From Chiloscyllium plagiosum (lineage: Eukaryota), in NCBI RefSeq assembly GCF_004010195.1, contig NC_057719.1, forward strand, positions 11,160,507 to 11,224,506: DNA of 64,000 nt. Reading direction: 5' to 3'. The notes under the pieces are model-generated. The model was not told the origin of the DNA and made no database searches. It saw nothing but the letters and a program-made list of their open reading frames with translations. Positions 12,901-24,574 of this stretch are shown here, in pieces. The translations under genes were made by a program, and so were the position numbers. Each line of letters starts with the position of its first letter. Positions within the stretch are counted from its first letter, which is position 1.

Positions 12901-15900
12901 ATATACTGACCCAAACTGCTCCTTCTGTATTGTGACTGAGATATACTGAATCATACTGCTCCTTCTGTACTGTTACTGACAGATACTGTTCCCTTGTACT
13001 GTTTCGAACAGATACTGGCCCACACTGATCCCTCTGTACAATTACTGATAGATACTGGAGCATACTGCTCCACTTGTACTGTTANNNNNNNNNNNNNNNN
13101 NNNNNNNNNNNNNNNNNNNNNNNNNNNNNNNNNNNNNNNNNNNNNNNNNNNNNNNNNNNNNNNNNNNNNNNNNNNNNNNNNNNNNNNNNNNNNNNNNNNN
13201 NNNNNNNNNNNNNNNNNNNNNNNNNNNNNNNNNNNNNNNNNNNNNNNNNNNNNNNNNNNNNNNNNNNNNNNNNNNNNNNNNNNNNNNNNNNNNNNNNNNN
13301 NNNNNNNNNNNNNNNNNNNNNNNNNNNNNNNNNNNNNNNNNNNNNNNNNNNNNNNNNNNNNNNNNNNNNNNNNNNNNNNNNNNNNNNNNNNNNNNNNNNN
13401 NNNNNNNNNNNNNNNNNNNNNNNNNNNNNNNNNNNNNNNNNNNNNNNNNNNNNNNNNNNNNNNNNNNNNNNNNNNNNNNNNNNNNNNNNNNNNNNNNNNN
13501 NNNNNNNNNNNNNNNNNNNNNNNNNNNNNNNNNNNNNNNNNNNNNNNNNNNNNNNNNNNNNNNNNNNNNNNNNNNNNNNNNNNNTGCTCCCTCTGTACTG
13601 TTACTGACAGATACTGACCCACACTGCTCCCCATGTCTATTAGTGACAGACACTGACCCATACTGCTCCCTCTGTGCTGTTACTGATAGATACTGACCCA
13701 TCCTGCTCCCTCTGTACTGTTACTGACAGATACTGACCCACACTGCTCCCCTTGTCTGTTACTGACAGATACTGACCCATACTGCTCCCTCTGTACTGTT
13801 ACTGATGGATACTGACCCATCCTGCTCCCTCTGTACTGTTACTGATGGATACTGACCCATACTGCTCCCTCTGTACTGTTACTGACAGATACTGACAAGC
13901 ACTGCTCCCCATGTCTGTTACTGACAGTTACTGACCCATACCGCTCCCTCTGTACTGTTACGGACAGACTCTAACCCCTTCTGCTCCCTTTATAATGTTA
14001 CTGACAGATACTGACCCATACTGTACTGTTACTGACAGTTACTGACCCATACTGCTCCCTCTGTACTGTTACTGACAGATACTGACCCATACTGCTCCCC
14101 CCTCAGTTTCTGACTGATTCTAACCCATGCTGTTCCCTCTGTAATATTACTGATAGACACTGAACTATCCTGCTCCTTCTGTGCTGTTACTGATAGATAC
14201 TGACCCATATTGCTCCTTCTGTGCTGTTACTTACAGACATTGACCCACACTGCTCCCCATGTCTCTTACTGACAGATTCTGACCCACACTGCTCCCTCTG
14301 TACTGTTGCTGATAGATACTGACTCACACTGCTCCATCTGTACTGTGACTAACAGATACTGACCCACACTGCTCCGTCTGTACTGTTACAGACACATACT
14401 GAGCCATACTGCTCTCCCTGTCTGTTACTGACAGATACTGACCCACACTGCTCCCCATGTCTGCTACTGACAGATACTGACCCATCCTGCTCCTTGTGCT
14501 GTTACTGACAGTTACTGACCCATACTGCTCCCTCTGTACTGTTACTGACAGATACTGACCTACACTGCTCCCCTTGTCTGTTACTGATAGATACTGACCC
14601 ATACTGCTCCTTCTGTGCTGTTACTGATAGATACTGACCCACACTGCTCCATCTCTGTACTGTTACTGACAGACACTGACCCAGACTGCTCCCTCTGTAC
14701 TGTTACTGATAGATACTGAGCCACACTGCTCCCCTTGTCTGTTACTGACAGATGTTGACCCATACTGCTCCATCTGTACTGTTACTGACAGATACTGACC
14801 CACACTGCTCCCCTTCTCTGTTACTGACAGATACTGACCCATACTGCTCTCTCTGTACTGTTACTGATAGATACTGACCCATCCTGCTCCCTCTGTACTG
14901 TTACTGACAGATACTGACCCACACTGCTCCCCTTGTCTGTTACTGACAGATGTTGACCCATACTGCTCCATCTGTACTGTTACTGACAGATACTGACCCA
15001 CACTGCTCCCCTTGTCTGTTACTGACAGATGTTGACCCATACTGCTCCATCTGTACTGTTACTGACAGATACTGACCCACACTGCTCCCCTTGTCTGTTA
15101 CTGACAGATGTTGACCCATACTGCTCCATCTGTACTGTTACTGACAGATACTGACCCACACTGCTCCCCATGTCTGCTACTGACAGATACTGACCCATCC
15201 TGCTCCTTGTGCTGTTACTGACAGTTACTGACCCATACTGCTCCCTCTGTACTGTTACTGACAGATACTGACCCATACTGCTCCTTCTGTGCTGTTACTG
15301 ACACATACTGACCCATACTGCTCCTTCTGTGCTGTTACTGACAGATACTGAACCACACTGCTCCCCAGGTCTATTACTGATAGACACTGAACCATCCTGC
15401 TCCCTCTGTACTGTTACTGACACATACTGACCCATATTGCTCCTTCTGTGCTGTTACTGACACATACTGACCCATATTGCTCCTTCTGTGCTGTTACTGA
15501 CACATACTGACCCATATTGCTCCTTCTGTGCTGTTACTGACAGATACTGAACCACACTGCTCCCGAGGTCTATTACTGATAGACACTGAACCATCCTGCT
15601 CCCTCTGTACTGTTACTGACAGATACTGACCCATACTGCTCCTTCTGTGCTGTTACTGACACATACTGACCCATATTGCTCCTTCTGTGCTATTACTGAC
15701 AGACATTGACCCACACTGCTCCCCATGTCTCTTACTGACAGATTCTGACCCACACTGCTCCCTCTGTACTGTTGCTGATAGATACTGACTCACACTGCTC
15801 CGTCTGTACTGTGACTAACAGATACTGACCCATACTGCTCCGTCTGTACTATTACTAATAGATACTGACCCATACTGCTCCCTCTATATCGTTACTGACA

Positions 15901-16025
15901 AATACTGAAGCATACTACTCACTCTCTATTGTTACTGACTGATAATGACCCATACTGCTCCCTCTGTACTGTTCCTGACAGATACTGACCCATACCCCTC
16001 CTTCTGTACTAATACTGATAGTACT
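9920..16025. repeat. ~6 kb satellite, 40-bp monomer TGTTACTGACAGATACTGACCCATACTGCTCCCTCTGTAC with shorter and longer variants; spans an assembly gap
   Basis: Continuous tandem copies on both sides of the N run. The monomer is built from 10-bp subunits (NNNTACTGAC). Higher-order periods of 90, 407 and 79 bp are visible. Confidence 0.97.
13085..13584. other. Assembly gap (500 N) inside the satellite
   Basis: N run. Confidence 1.
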
Positions 16026-16039
16026 CTACTATCTCCACA

Positions 16040-17250
16040 ATGATATGCATGCCAATTGCTCACAGACACAATCAGCACAAACTCTATCCGAGACAAGTTT
16101 GTCATAGCGCTCAAACCCCTTCTCCATTTTGTTTGCTGCAAATCCTGCATCTCATCCGCAGCAACTTACTCACAAGCTTGGAGACAATCTACAGAGCAGA
16201 CAGGAAATAGTTCAAGCGACATAGCCATCAATCTGAAGCCAAAATTACTTCCCGCTCAACTACTGATCTTCGATATGTGGTGAGCACTTCATATGTGTTC
16301 ACTCAGAAACTGAACTGAGGTCATTGTCAGCCCTTTTTCTGAAGCAGATAAGAAAATGAGCCGTCCACTATATTCCAATGAACTCAAGTCTTTTTCCAAC
16401 CAGATCCCACAGGGCAACCCTTCTCTGGTGATTATGCTGAATACCAACCTTCAAAATGTGAACCATTTTCGTTTTCTGGGAAGCCTCCTCTCAAGGAAGG
16501 CACACACACAAGACAAAAATACATCGTCACTTCCAATGAACCAACTCCACCTTCAGCCAGCTGAGAAAGCGTAACTGAGGATGAGGATCTCAAAGCTGAG
16601 ACTAAAATCATGTTTTACAGGGCATCAGCGGTCCAAAATGCTTTGGAAGCTTCTACAATATACATCAAGTACTTCACAGCGCTGGTGAAGAACTATAAAT
16701 GGTATCTTTGCAAGTTTTTCAAAATCCCATGACAAGAAAATGTAGTCGAACAGCAGTGTCCCCTCCTGAGCCAATTTGTCCACCTTCAAGGTGCTTATCA
16801 CACAAAACCAACTCCAATTTGATCACCATCAAGGTGCTGATCACACAAAATCAGCTCCACTAGACTCCACAAAATCAGTCTCATCAATCATACACCTAAC
16901 TCCAGACTCAATTATTCTATGAGAATTCACAGCATAAGGACATTCCCAGAGATGTAATCAAAACATCCTCATAGAGATCAAACATCCCCACAACTCTGGG
17001 GTCCCTATTCCATGACCAAACAAAATAGAGAATGTCTATTGGGATGACACTGAATACACACAGTCAGAATCAGCGCTGGTGAGGTACAAGTCTCAGAAAG
17101 TGCACACAAACCATCAAATACCTCCTCTGCGCTACCCCTGCAAGCATCACCTGCCCACACCTGGCAGATTGTCTGCAGATGGCACATTGGACTTTTCAGC
17201 TATCTCAGAACATATTGAACCTACATTGAAAAAAGTCATCCTTCATTCCA
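16040..17250 (+). mobile_element. Degenerate RTE-clade LINE 3' region
   Basis: LQNVNHFRFLGSLLSRKA (RTE 'V..F.YLGS' motif), followed by remnants of 'TKIMFYRA...' and of the '..KI..IPW.D' segment; many frameshifts. Confidence 0.65.
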
Positions 17251-17869
17251 AGGACTACACAGACGGCAATCAATGTCATCTGAGAATTTCTGCAAAGGGA
17301 GCTGGTCATCCACCGTCTGGTTTTCAAAAAAGAGTCTGGTCTTTCAAACCTGCATCCACTTTGATGCGTTGTTAACTCATTAGTTACTGAATTAGTCCTT
17401 GAATAATATTCATCAGAAGCGAAGATCAGAAAGTAAATCAAATCTACTCTCTCTTCTGTTTCAGCCCAAAATCCTGGTTGGCCTTAGGATTTGGCAACTC
17501 TAACCAAGATGGAAAACCGAAAGAACTGTGGATGCTGGAAGAACCACAGATACTTGGTTTTTCCACTGAAGCTGGAATGGGAATATAGCCAGAGATGAGG
17601 CAACCTCATTGCTAGATCCCAATTATTACTCACAGATTCAAATCTGTCTCACCACGGAAACTCCTTGCTCAATCCATCACGATTCAAAATTAACTCCAAT
17701 TCCTTCTGAATTTCAAACAAGATTAGAACTCTTTAATTCATTTAATTTCTTTCAGATTGCAAACACATCTATCTGTATCACACCACCATGCTGTAACCTT
17801 CAAAGGGGAATGAAATGAATATTGGGTAAGGAAATGCCTGCATATGTATAAGGAAAAGGGAAGGGAGTG

Positions 17870-18043
17870 ACCCTAACTGCAACATTTAAAAAGCATCTGG
17901 ATGGGTAAATGAATTGTAAGGGTTTAGAGGTATATGGGCCAAGTGCTGGCAAATGGGACTAGATTAGGTTAGGATATTTGGTCGGCATGGACAAGTTGGA
18001 CCGAAGGGTCTGTTTCCATGCTGTACATCTCTATGACTCTATG
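17870..18043 (+). mobile_element. CR1/HER1-type LINE 3' end
   Basis: GCAACATTTAAAAAGCATCTGGATGG...GCTGTACATCTCTATGACTCTATGA tail matching the longer copies. Confidence 0.9.
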
Positions 18044-18971
18044 AATTTAATTGGTCACCCCTTTCAAAGGGCCAGCACAGGCGTAATGGGCTAAATAGCC
18101 TCTTTCTATGAGGTACCATGTTTGGATTGCAAACTGATGCAAACTATGGATACAGGAGGTTATATTTCTCAGCCTTTCACCTCAATCATTGAATCAAAAT
18201 CAAGATTTGTATTTCTATTGCACCTTTAATAGCCTTAGGACATCGCAACATACTTTATGGCCACTTGGCTGATTTTGAAGTCTCCTCCCTGATGCAATGG
18301 AAGAAACACAATGGCCAATTTACACACACCAATAAGACAATGGCTGAGCCAACAATTCTGTTTTTAACATGGTTCAAATGTTGGGTACACGTTCATTTTC
18401 TGATTCTGAGAATTGGAAAAGAACTGATGATTGATGTCATTTCTTGGCAACAAAGGCCCTAACATGTAATTGATTTTGCAATGATGTCATCCACAGGTCA
18501 GAAGAACTTGGATGAAAAAACAAGACACTTTGGGAGTAAAACTTTCAGAAGAGAGAGAGAAAAGATTATTTCCAAGACCTTAATTGCCGGGCAAAAAGAC
18601 TGAGCTTTGGAAGCAGTCTCGTACTGAAGATTGCAAAACAGCAGCCTCTGAACAATTAGTTTCTATTTTGTAATAGACTTGAGAGTTGTTCAGTTGTTGA
18701 GGGGTTTGCTGGGAAGCAATGCTATCCCCTTTCTCTCTCTCTCTCTCTCTATACCTTAAAAGAAAACCATTTGAATAAATATTGCAGGGAGTCATATCCT
18801 GAGAATCAGAGAAAGTTCTCAAAATCAATATGTCTGATTGCCTCATAAACTCTGAGAGCCGGCCTGTTAATTCATTAACAAGGCCTATGCCAAAGTGACT
18901 TGCCACCAAACTTCTGATCTTGCACTGGACAGCGGCTAACAGCAACATGATCTCGTTGACAAGAAACTAAA

Positions 18972-19762
18972 GAGTCATAGTCATAGAGATGTACAGCACA
19001 GAAACAGACCCTTAGGTTCAATTCATCCATACCGACCAGATATCCCAAACCAATCTCGTCCCACCTGCCTGCATCTGGCCCATATCCCTCTAAACCCTTC
19101 CTATTCATATACCCATGCAGATGCCTTTTAAATGTTGCAATTGTGCCAGCCTCCACCACATCCTCTGGCAGCTCATTCATTCACGTACCACCCTCTGCGT
19201 GAAAAAGTTGCCCCAGGTCTCTTTTATATCTTTCCCCTCGCACCCCAAACCTATGCCCTTTAGTTCTGGACTCCCCAACTCCAGGGAAAAGACTTTGTCT
19301 ATTTATCCTATCCATGCCCCTCATGATTTTATAAACGTCTATACGGTCATCCCTCAGCCTCCGACGCTCCAGGGAAAACAGCCCCAGCCTGTTCAGCCTC
19401 TCCCTATAACTCAAATCCTCCAACCCTGGCAACATCCTTGTAAATCTTTTCTGAACTCTTTCAAGTTTCACAACATCCTTCCGATAGGAAGGAGACCAGA
19501 AATGCACGCAATATTCCAACAGTGGCCTAACCAATGTCCTGTACAGCCGCAACATGACCTCCCAACTCCTGTACTCAATACACTGACCAATAAAGGAAAG
19601 CATACCAAACGTCTTCTTCACTATCCTAAGTATCTGCGACTCCACTTTCAAGGAGCTATGAACTTGCACTCCAAGGTCTCTTTGTTCAGCAACACTCCCT
19701 AGGACCTTACCATTAAGTGTATAAGTTCTGCTAAGATTTGCTTTCCCAAAATGCAGCACCTC
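18972..19762 (-). mobile_element. CR1/HER1-type LINE, 5'-truncated, young
   Basis: ORF 19181-19759 LHFGKANLSRTYTLNGK...YRTLVRPLLEYCVHFWSP...; (CTATGA)-type tail. Confidence 0.95.
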
Positions 19763-20326
19763 GCCAACTGTGAAAAAGTCATCTCATTCTACCCTTTTTA
19801 GCTCCTTGATCAACAGAATTTTCCCAGATTTCCATGCAAAATTGCTCTGCAATGTTCTTTGTCTGTCCCTGTCTGTGTGTGTGTGTGTATGTGTATGCGT
19901 GCATAGCCAAATTTCCCAGGTTAGCCTGAAGAAGAATGAGCTTTCCTTTCTTTTTCTCACAGTGAGCATGCGCACTGCAATGTTGTGACTCTAGAAGATA
20001 GGTTCTAAGTTGTGGTTGCTTTAAAAACGCTCCTGCCTCCAACTCTTATGATCAACAGAACCCCAATCTTGCAGAAGGGAGTCTTCATTTGCCATTTCAT
20101 CCAATAATTGGCTCCTTCCACTGTGCAGTACATCCTCAATATCCACAGGGAGGTTTGGGCCATCTGTACGCTGTTTCAGTAGTGGGTAGATAAACATACC
20201 ATGGCAAATTAATTTGCTGGCAGGCAGACACATGAGACTCAGACACTGTACTTGGGTTGGTTCCTGGGCTGTGCCAGTTTACGGAGAAGGAGAAATCTGT
20301 GGTTACCTGATCCATCAGAATGGGCA

Positions 20327-20530
20327 GAAAGTGAGGTCTGCAGATGCTGGAGATCAGAGCTGGAAATGTGTTGCTGGAAAAGCGCAGCAGGTCAGGCAGC
20401 ATCCAGGGAACAGGAGAATCGACGTTTCGGGCATAAGCCCTTCTTCCTGAAGAAGGGCTTATGCCCGAAACGTCGATTCTCCTGTTCCCTGGATGCTGCC
20501 TGACCTGCTGCGCTTTTCCAGCAACACATT
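20327..20530. mobile_element. PLE-terminus-derived element with perfect 86-bp inverted repeat, hammerhead core and 16-bp TSD
   Basis: Arms 20361-20446 and 20449-20534 (the last 4 nt overlap the TSD); TCCATCAGAATGGGCA at 20311-20326 and 20531-20546. Confidence 0.92.
20444..20478 (+). ncRNA. Minimal type-I hammerhead ribozyme motif (PLE type)
   Basis: TC-CTGAAGA-A-GGGC-TTAT-GCCC-GAAA-CG-TC-GA; conserved core, 4-bp helix II, palindromic ACGT in place of helix III. Confidence 0.75.
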
Positions 20531-21244
20531 TCCATCAGAATGGGCACTGATCAGGGTGAAAGAGGAAGCTCGAAAGTAGACAGCACCTGAATAGACAGAG
20601 GCCAGACAGCCCAGTATACACACAGCAAACAGAATTGAACATAGACTCAATGCTTTGCTTCTAATCTGCAGAGCCTCTTGACACTGCTCCATTTGTAAGG
20701 TGAGGACAATGTCACAGTAACTAGGACAAATCGTTCACGACTCAGCAAAAGAAAGTTACAGGTCCTGTAGTAGGTGCAGCGAGGCACATACCTGCACAAA
20801 AAATATAAAATGACTGCAGAGACAGTCTTAGCTTCATTGTTATCAATTTAATCTCTAAGTCTGAACATTATCCATTCAAGTCCTCCAATTCAGATGTTCC
20901 AACTCAAAAATAAAGATTGACACTCCAGTTCCACACTCAAGGGGTGTATACTCAATTGTCCAATCCATTGCCTCTTGAATTAGATGTTACATCAAGGTGT
21001 CTATGTGCCCCCAGAAGTGAGTGTAAAAAGATCCTTGGGAAATCACTTTGGAGAAGGGCCAATATACATTTCTCAAGCAACATCATAAAAAAAATATGAT
21101 CTGCTCCTGATTACACTGCTGTTTGCTGCTGTCCATAGTCCTTTCAGTACAACAGTGACTATACTTCAACACTATTTCATTAACCACAAAACACTGTGGG
21201 AGTTCCTGAGGCTGTGTAAGCCACTATATAATTAAAAATACTTT

Positions 21245-22500
21245 ATTTCTTCACAGGTAAACCAACATCTGACTCAGGAATTCATCCTCATCTCAGTTCT
21301 AGAGAATCATCCCTTCTCTCTGAGGCCGTGCTCTCAGGTCCTAGTCTCTCCTACCAGATGAAACACCTTCTCCATGTCCACTCTATCCAGTCCTCTCAGT
21401 ATGCTACACATTTCAATCAGATTACCCTCTTGTCCTTCTAAACTCCATCAAGTACAGACCCAGAGTCCTCAATCGTTCCTCACGCGACAAGCCCTTCTCC
21501 TCCAAGATCATTCTTGTAAACTTTCTCTGGCCCACCTCCAATGCCAGCACATCCTTCCTTAGATACAGGTCCCCAAACTGCTCACAATATTCCAAATACA
21601 GTCTGACTACACCTTCATATAGTCTCAGCAGTACTTGGATTCTAGCCCTCTTGACATAAATTGCATTTGCATTCCGAACTGCCAACTGAAGATGCATGTT
21701 AATTTTAAGAGAATCCTGAACTAGGACTTCCAAGTTACTCTGTGCTTCAGATTTCTATAGCCTTTCCCAATTTAGAAAATAGTCTACACCTCTTTTCTTC
21801 CTAACCTCCACAATTTCTCACATTGCCACTACTTTGCCTACTTTCCTAGCATGTCCAAGTCCTTTGGCGGCCTCCTCACTTCCTCAACACTACTTGTCCA
21901 TCCACTTATCTTTGACTCATCTGAAAAGCCAGGGACAATGCCCTCAGTTCCGTCATCCATGTTGCTAATGTCTAACATGAATTGTTGTGGTCCCAACACT
22001 GAACGCTGCAGAACCCCACTAGTCACCAGCTGCCATCCTGAAAAAGATTTCTTTATCCCAACTCACTGTCTTCCACCAGTCAGCCAATCCAGTACCTTGC
22101 CCCTAACACCATGGGCTCCTACCTTATTTAGCAGCCTCCTGTACAGCACCTTGTCAAATGCCTTCTGTAAAACCAAGTAGATATCATCCACTGGCTCTTC
22201 TATCTCTAACTTGTTCACTACCTCCTCAAAATATTCAAACAGATTTATCAGGCATGACCTCCCCTTGACAAAATCATGCTGACTCAGCCCTATTTTACTT
22301 CTTCCAACTATTCACAATCGTATCCCTCATAATGGACTCTTAAATCTTACCGAAACCAAAGTCAAATTAACTAGCCTATAGTGTCCTGTCTTTTGCCTCC
22401 CTCCCTTCCGAAACAGGGGTGTTACAATAGCCATTTTCCAGTCCCTGACTCCAATGATTCCTGAAAGATCATACCAATGCCTCTACAATCTCCTCAGCTT
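21245..22500 (-). mobile_element. CR1 LINE ORF2 fragment, older subfamily
   Basis: TSGVLQRSVLGPQQFMLDISNMDDGTEG and LYEGVVRLYLEYCEQF...RKFTRMI segments. Confidence 0.9.
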
Positions 22501-22524
22501 TGTCCTTCAGAATCGAGATCCTTC

Positions 22525-22826
22525 AGGATCAATGACAAGGGAACACAGATTTAAGAGAAGAGGCAGGAGGTTTTGAGGGCATGTGAGGAAAAACCTTTTC
22601 ACTCAGAGGGTGGTGGGAACCTGGAACTCACTGCCTGTAAGTGTGAGAGAGGCAGAAACCCCCATACTGTTTTAAAAAGTATTTAGATGTGCACTTGAGA
22701 TGTCAATGAAAGAAGGCTATGGGCTAAGTGCTGGAAAATGGGATTAGAAAAGTTAGCGCATTGTTTTTAACCAAAGCAGATTCGATGGGCCATAGGGCCT
22801 TTTTCTGTGCTGCAGACCTCTATGAT
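22525..22826 (+). mobile_element. CR1 LINE 3' end
   Basis: TTTTCACTCAGAGGGTGGTGGGAACCTGGAAC (FTQRVVGTWN) and tail ending GACCTCTATGA. Confidence 0.8.
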
Positions 22827-23754
22827 CCAATACAATAAACCGATGCACATTTTTCCCTCTTTGATAGAAAGATTTCCTTTTAGCTTTAAGCTTTGCTTTC
22901 TTTGCCACCATTTTGTTCACTGAAGAATAAATGACACAACTGAAGCAGTTTTTCTAATACCAACATACTGTCAGGAGCAACACAGTTAACCCATCAGGCA
23001 GGAATGCCGACTAGGGACTCTGCCCAATAATGAAAGCCTCTAATCCCCCATAAAAGCAAACATTTGAACATTATCTCCTCCTCACTAACAATTCTGTGCT
23101 AATACCTCTCCATTGGCTGGGGCAATTGGAAGGTGCCTGTTTACAAAAGCAAGCGGAGTCTATCTATAGGACACACTGCACCAAAACAGTAGCATTCATT
23201 ACCAATTTACCTCCTGCAAGATTTTCTGCAGCAAAACAGGTGCCACTTGTCAAGGTTAAGGCTGCAGGCTACGGTTTGAATTTTATTTTTGGGCAGGATT
23301 TCATTTTCAATTAATTTCGGAGCTTAACATGGGTCAACGAGAAGGGATAATGCTTTTTTTGTTCTAGTCAAATTCACAAAAGGCGGAGTGCCCCCTTGTG
23401 ATGGCTCTTAGCTCCGAGATATCCTTCCCATCCCCCCCGCCCCCCCATACCTCCACCCATTATCATCGTCTGATTCCAGAGCTTTATGCAGCAAAGTGCT
23501 CATTTTAACGGAGGCAGAGCCTGCGCTTTCGACAACTATCAACCACATCCCTTTAATCCCCTGTGCTGGATCAATCTGAGAATGAGTTTGAACAAAATGC
23601 CTCAAGGACAGCATTAACCTATATTTCAGGTTGCAGCTCATGTTTCCTTGCCTCCGCCATCAGTCACTCTCGTTACCTGCAGATGCAGAACCACTGCTTT
23701 CCCCACACGGGACCACCCTTCACGGTGGGGCTTTCTGTCGTCATCATTAACAAC

Positions 23755-24045
23755 AATTTGGATTCAACTAGCACCTTTGACATTTCAAAAAGTCCTAAGG
23801 TGCTTAACAGCAGTGCAATAAAGCAAAATCCGGTATCATGATGCACACTGAAATGGTCTAAAGCTTGGTCAAAGTGGTGAGGTTAAAGAATTGTCTTAAA
23901 GGACAGAGAGGTACAAAGGCAGATAGGTTCAAGGAGAGAAACCCAGAATCTAGGGCCTACATAGCTAAAGCAGGACCATCAATGTTGGAGAAATTCAAAT
24001 CGGATATGGTCAGGAAGCAAAAACTAAAGGAGCACTGAGATAGAG
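23755..24045 (-). mobile_element. L2-like LINE 3' remnant; probably continues at ~24420-24530 and ~25700-26080
   Basis: Degenerate sequence similar to 1900-2100 and 38610-38830; ORF 25460-25834 begins AETIMHAFVILR, an L2-like 'ETLIHAFVTSRLD' motif. Confidence 0.5.
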
Positions 24046-24049
24046 TTAA

Positions 24050-24390
24050 ACTGCATAAAAAAGACACTTCAGCCCACCATAGACATATAGGCTGACTAAC
24101 AAATAGCAAACTATATTACTCCTATTTACCTGCATTTGTTCCATAGCCTACTATGCCCTGGCATTTTAAGTGCTCACTTAAATGATTCTTAAATGCTGAG
24201 AGAGTACCTGCCTCTACGATCCTCTCATGCAGCACATTCCATACTTGTCTAGGTGAAAACATGTTCCTCAGCTCCTCTCTAAACCACTTACTCCTCATAT
24301 CAAACTTATGCCCTCTCCTCTCAGACATACCTGCCATGGGGAAAAGATTCGCACGATCTACCCTGTCCAAGCCTCTCATAATTTTGTGTC
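24050..24390 (-). mobile_element. CR1 LINE 3' fragment
   Basis: MRGLDRVDRANLFPMAG...RGHKF...VWNVL...VEAGTLSAFKNHL. Confidence 0.85.
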
Positions 24391-24574
24391 AGATCCTCCT
24401 ATATATATACCTAAGAGCTATGGGGTTGTAAGAAATTACATAAATAGGAAGGGGTGAGACTCTGGGAGAATTTGAAAACAAGCTGAGAGCTTTATAATTA
24501 AGATGTCACTTAACCAAGAGTTAATTAAGAGTTAATTATTGTTCCTAAGGTAAGCTTAGGAACAATATCAGACG

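Noticed and set aside
12951..13701. Long ORFs of 177-236 aa
   Set aside because: Open only because they run through the N gap.
9920..16025. CRISPR array or repetitive protein gene (ORFs MGQYLSVTVQREQYGS...)
   Set aside because: There are no unique spacers and no cas genes, and the context is eukaryotic. The 40-bp unit is not a multiple of 3, so the ORFs are by-products of the satellite.
20547..20580. Extra hammerhead-like CTGATCA...GAAAGTA
   Set aside because: CTGATCA breaks the CTGANGA core, and there is no helix II.
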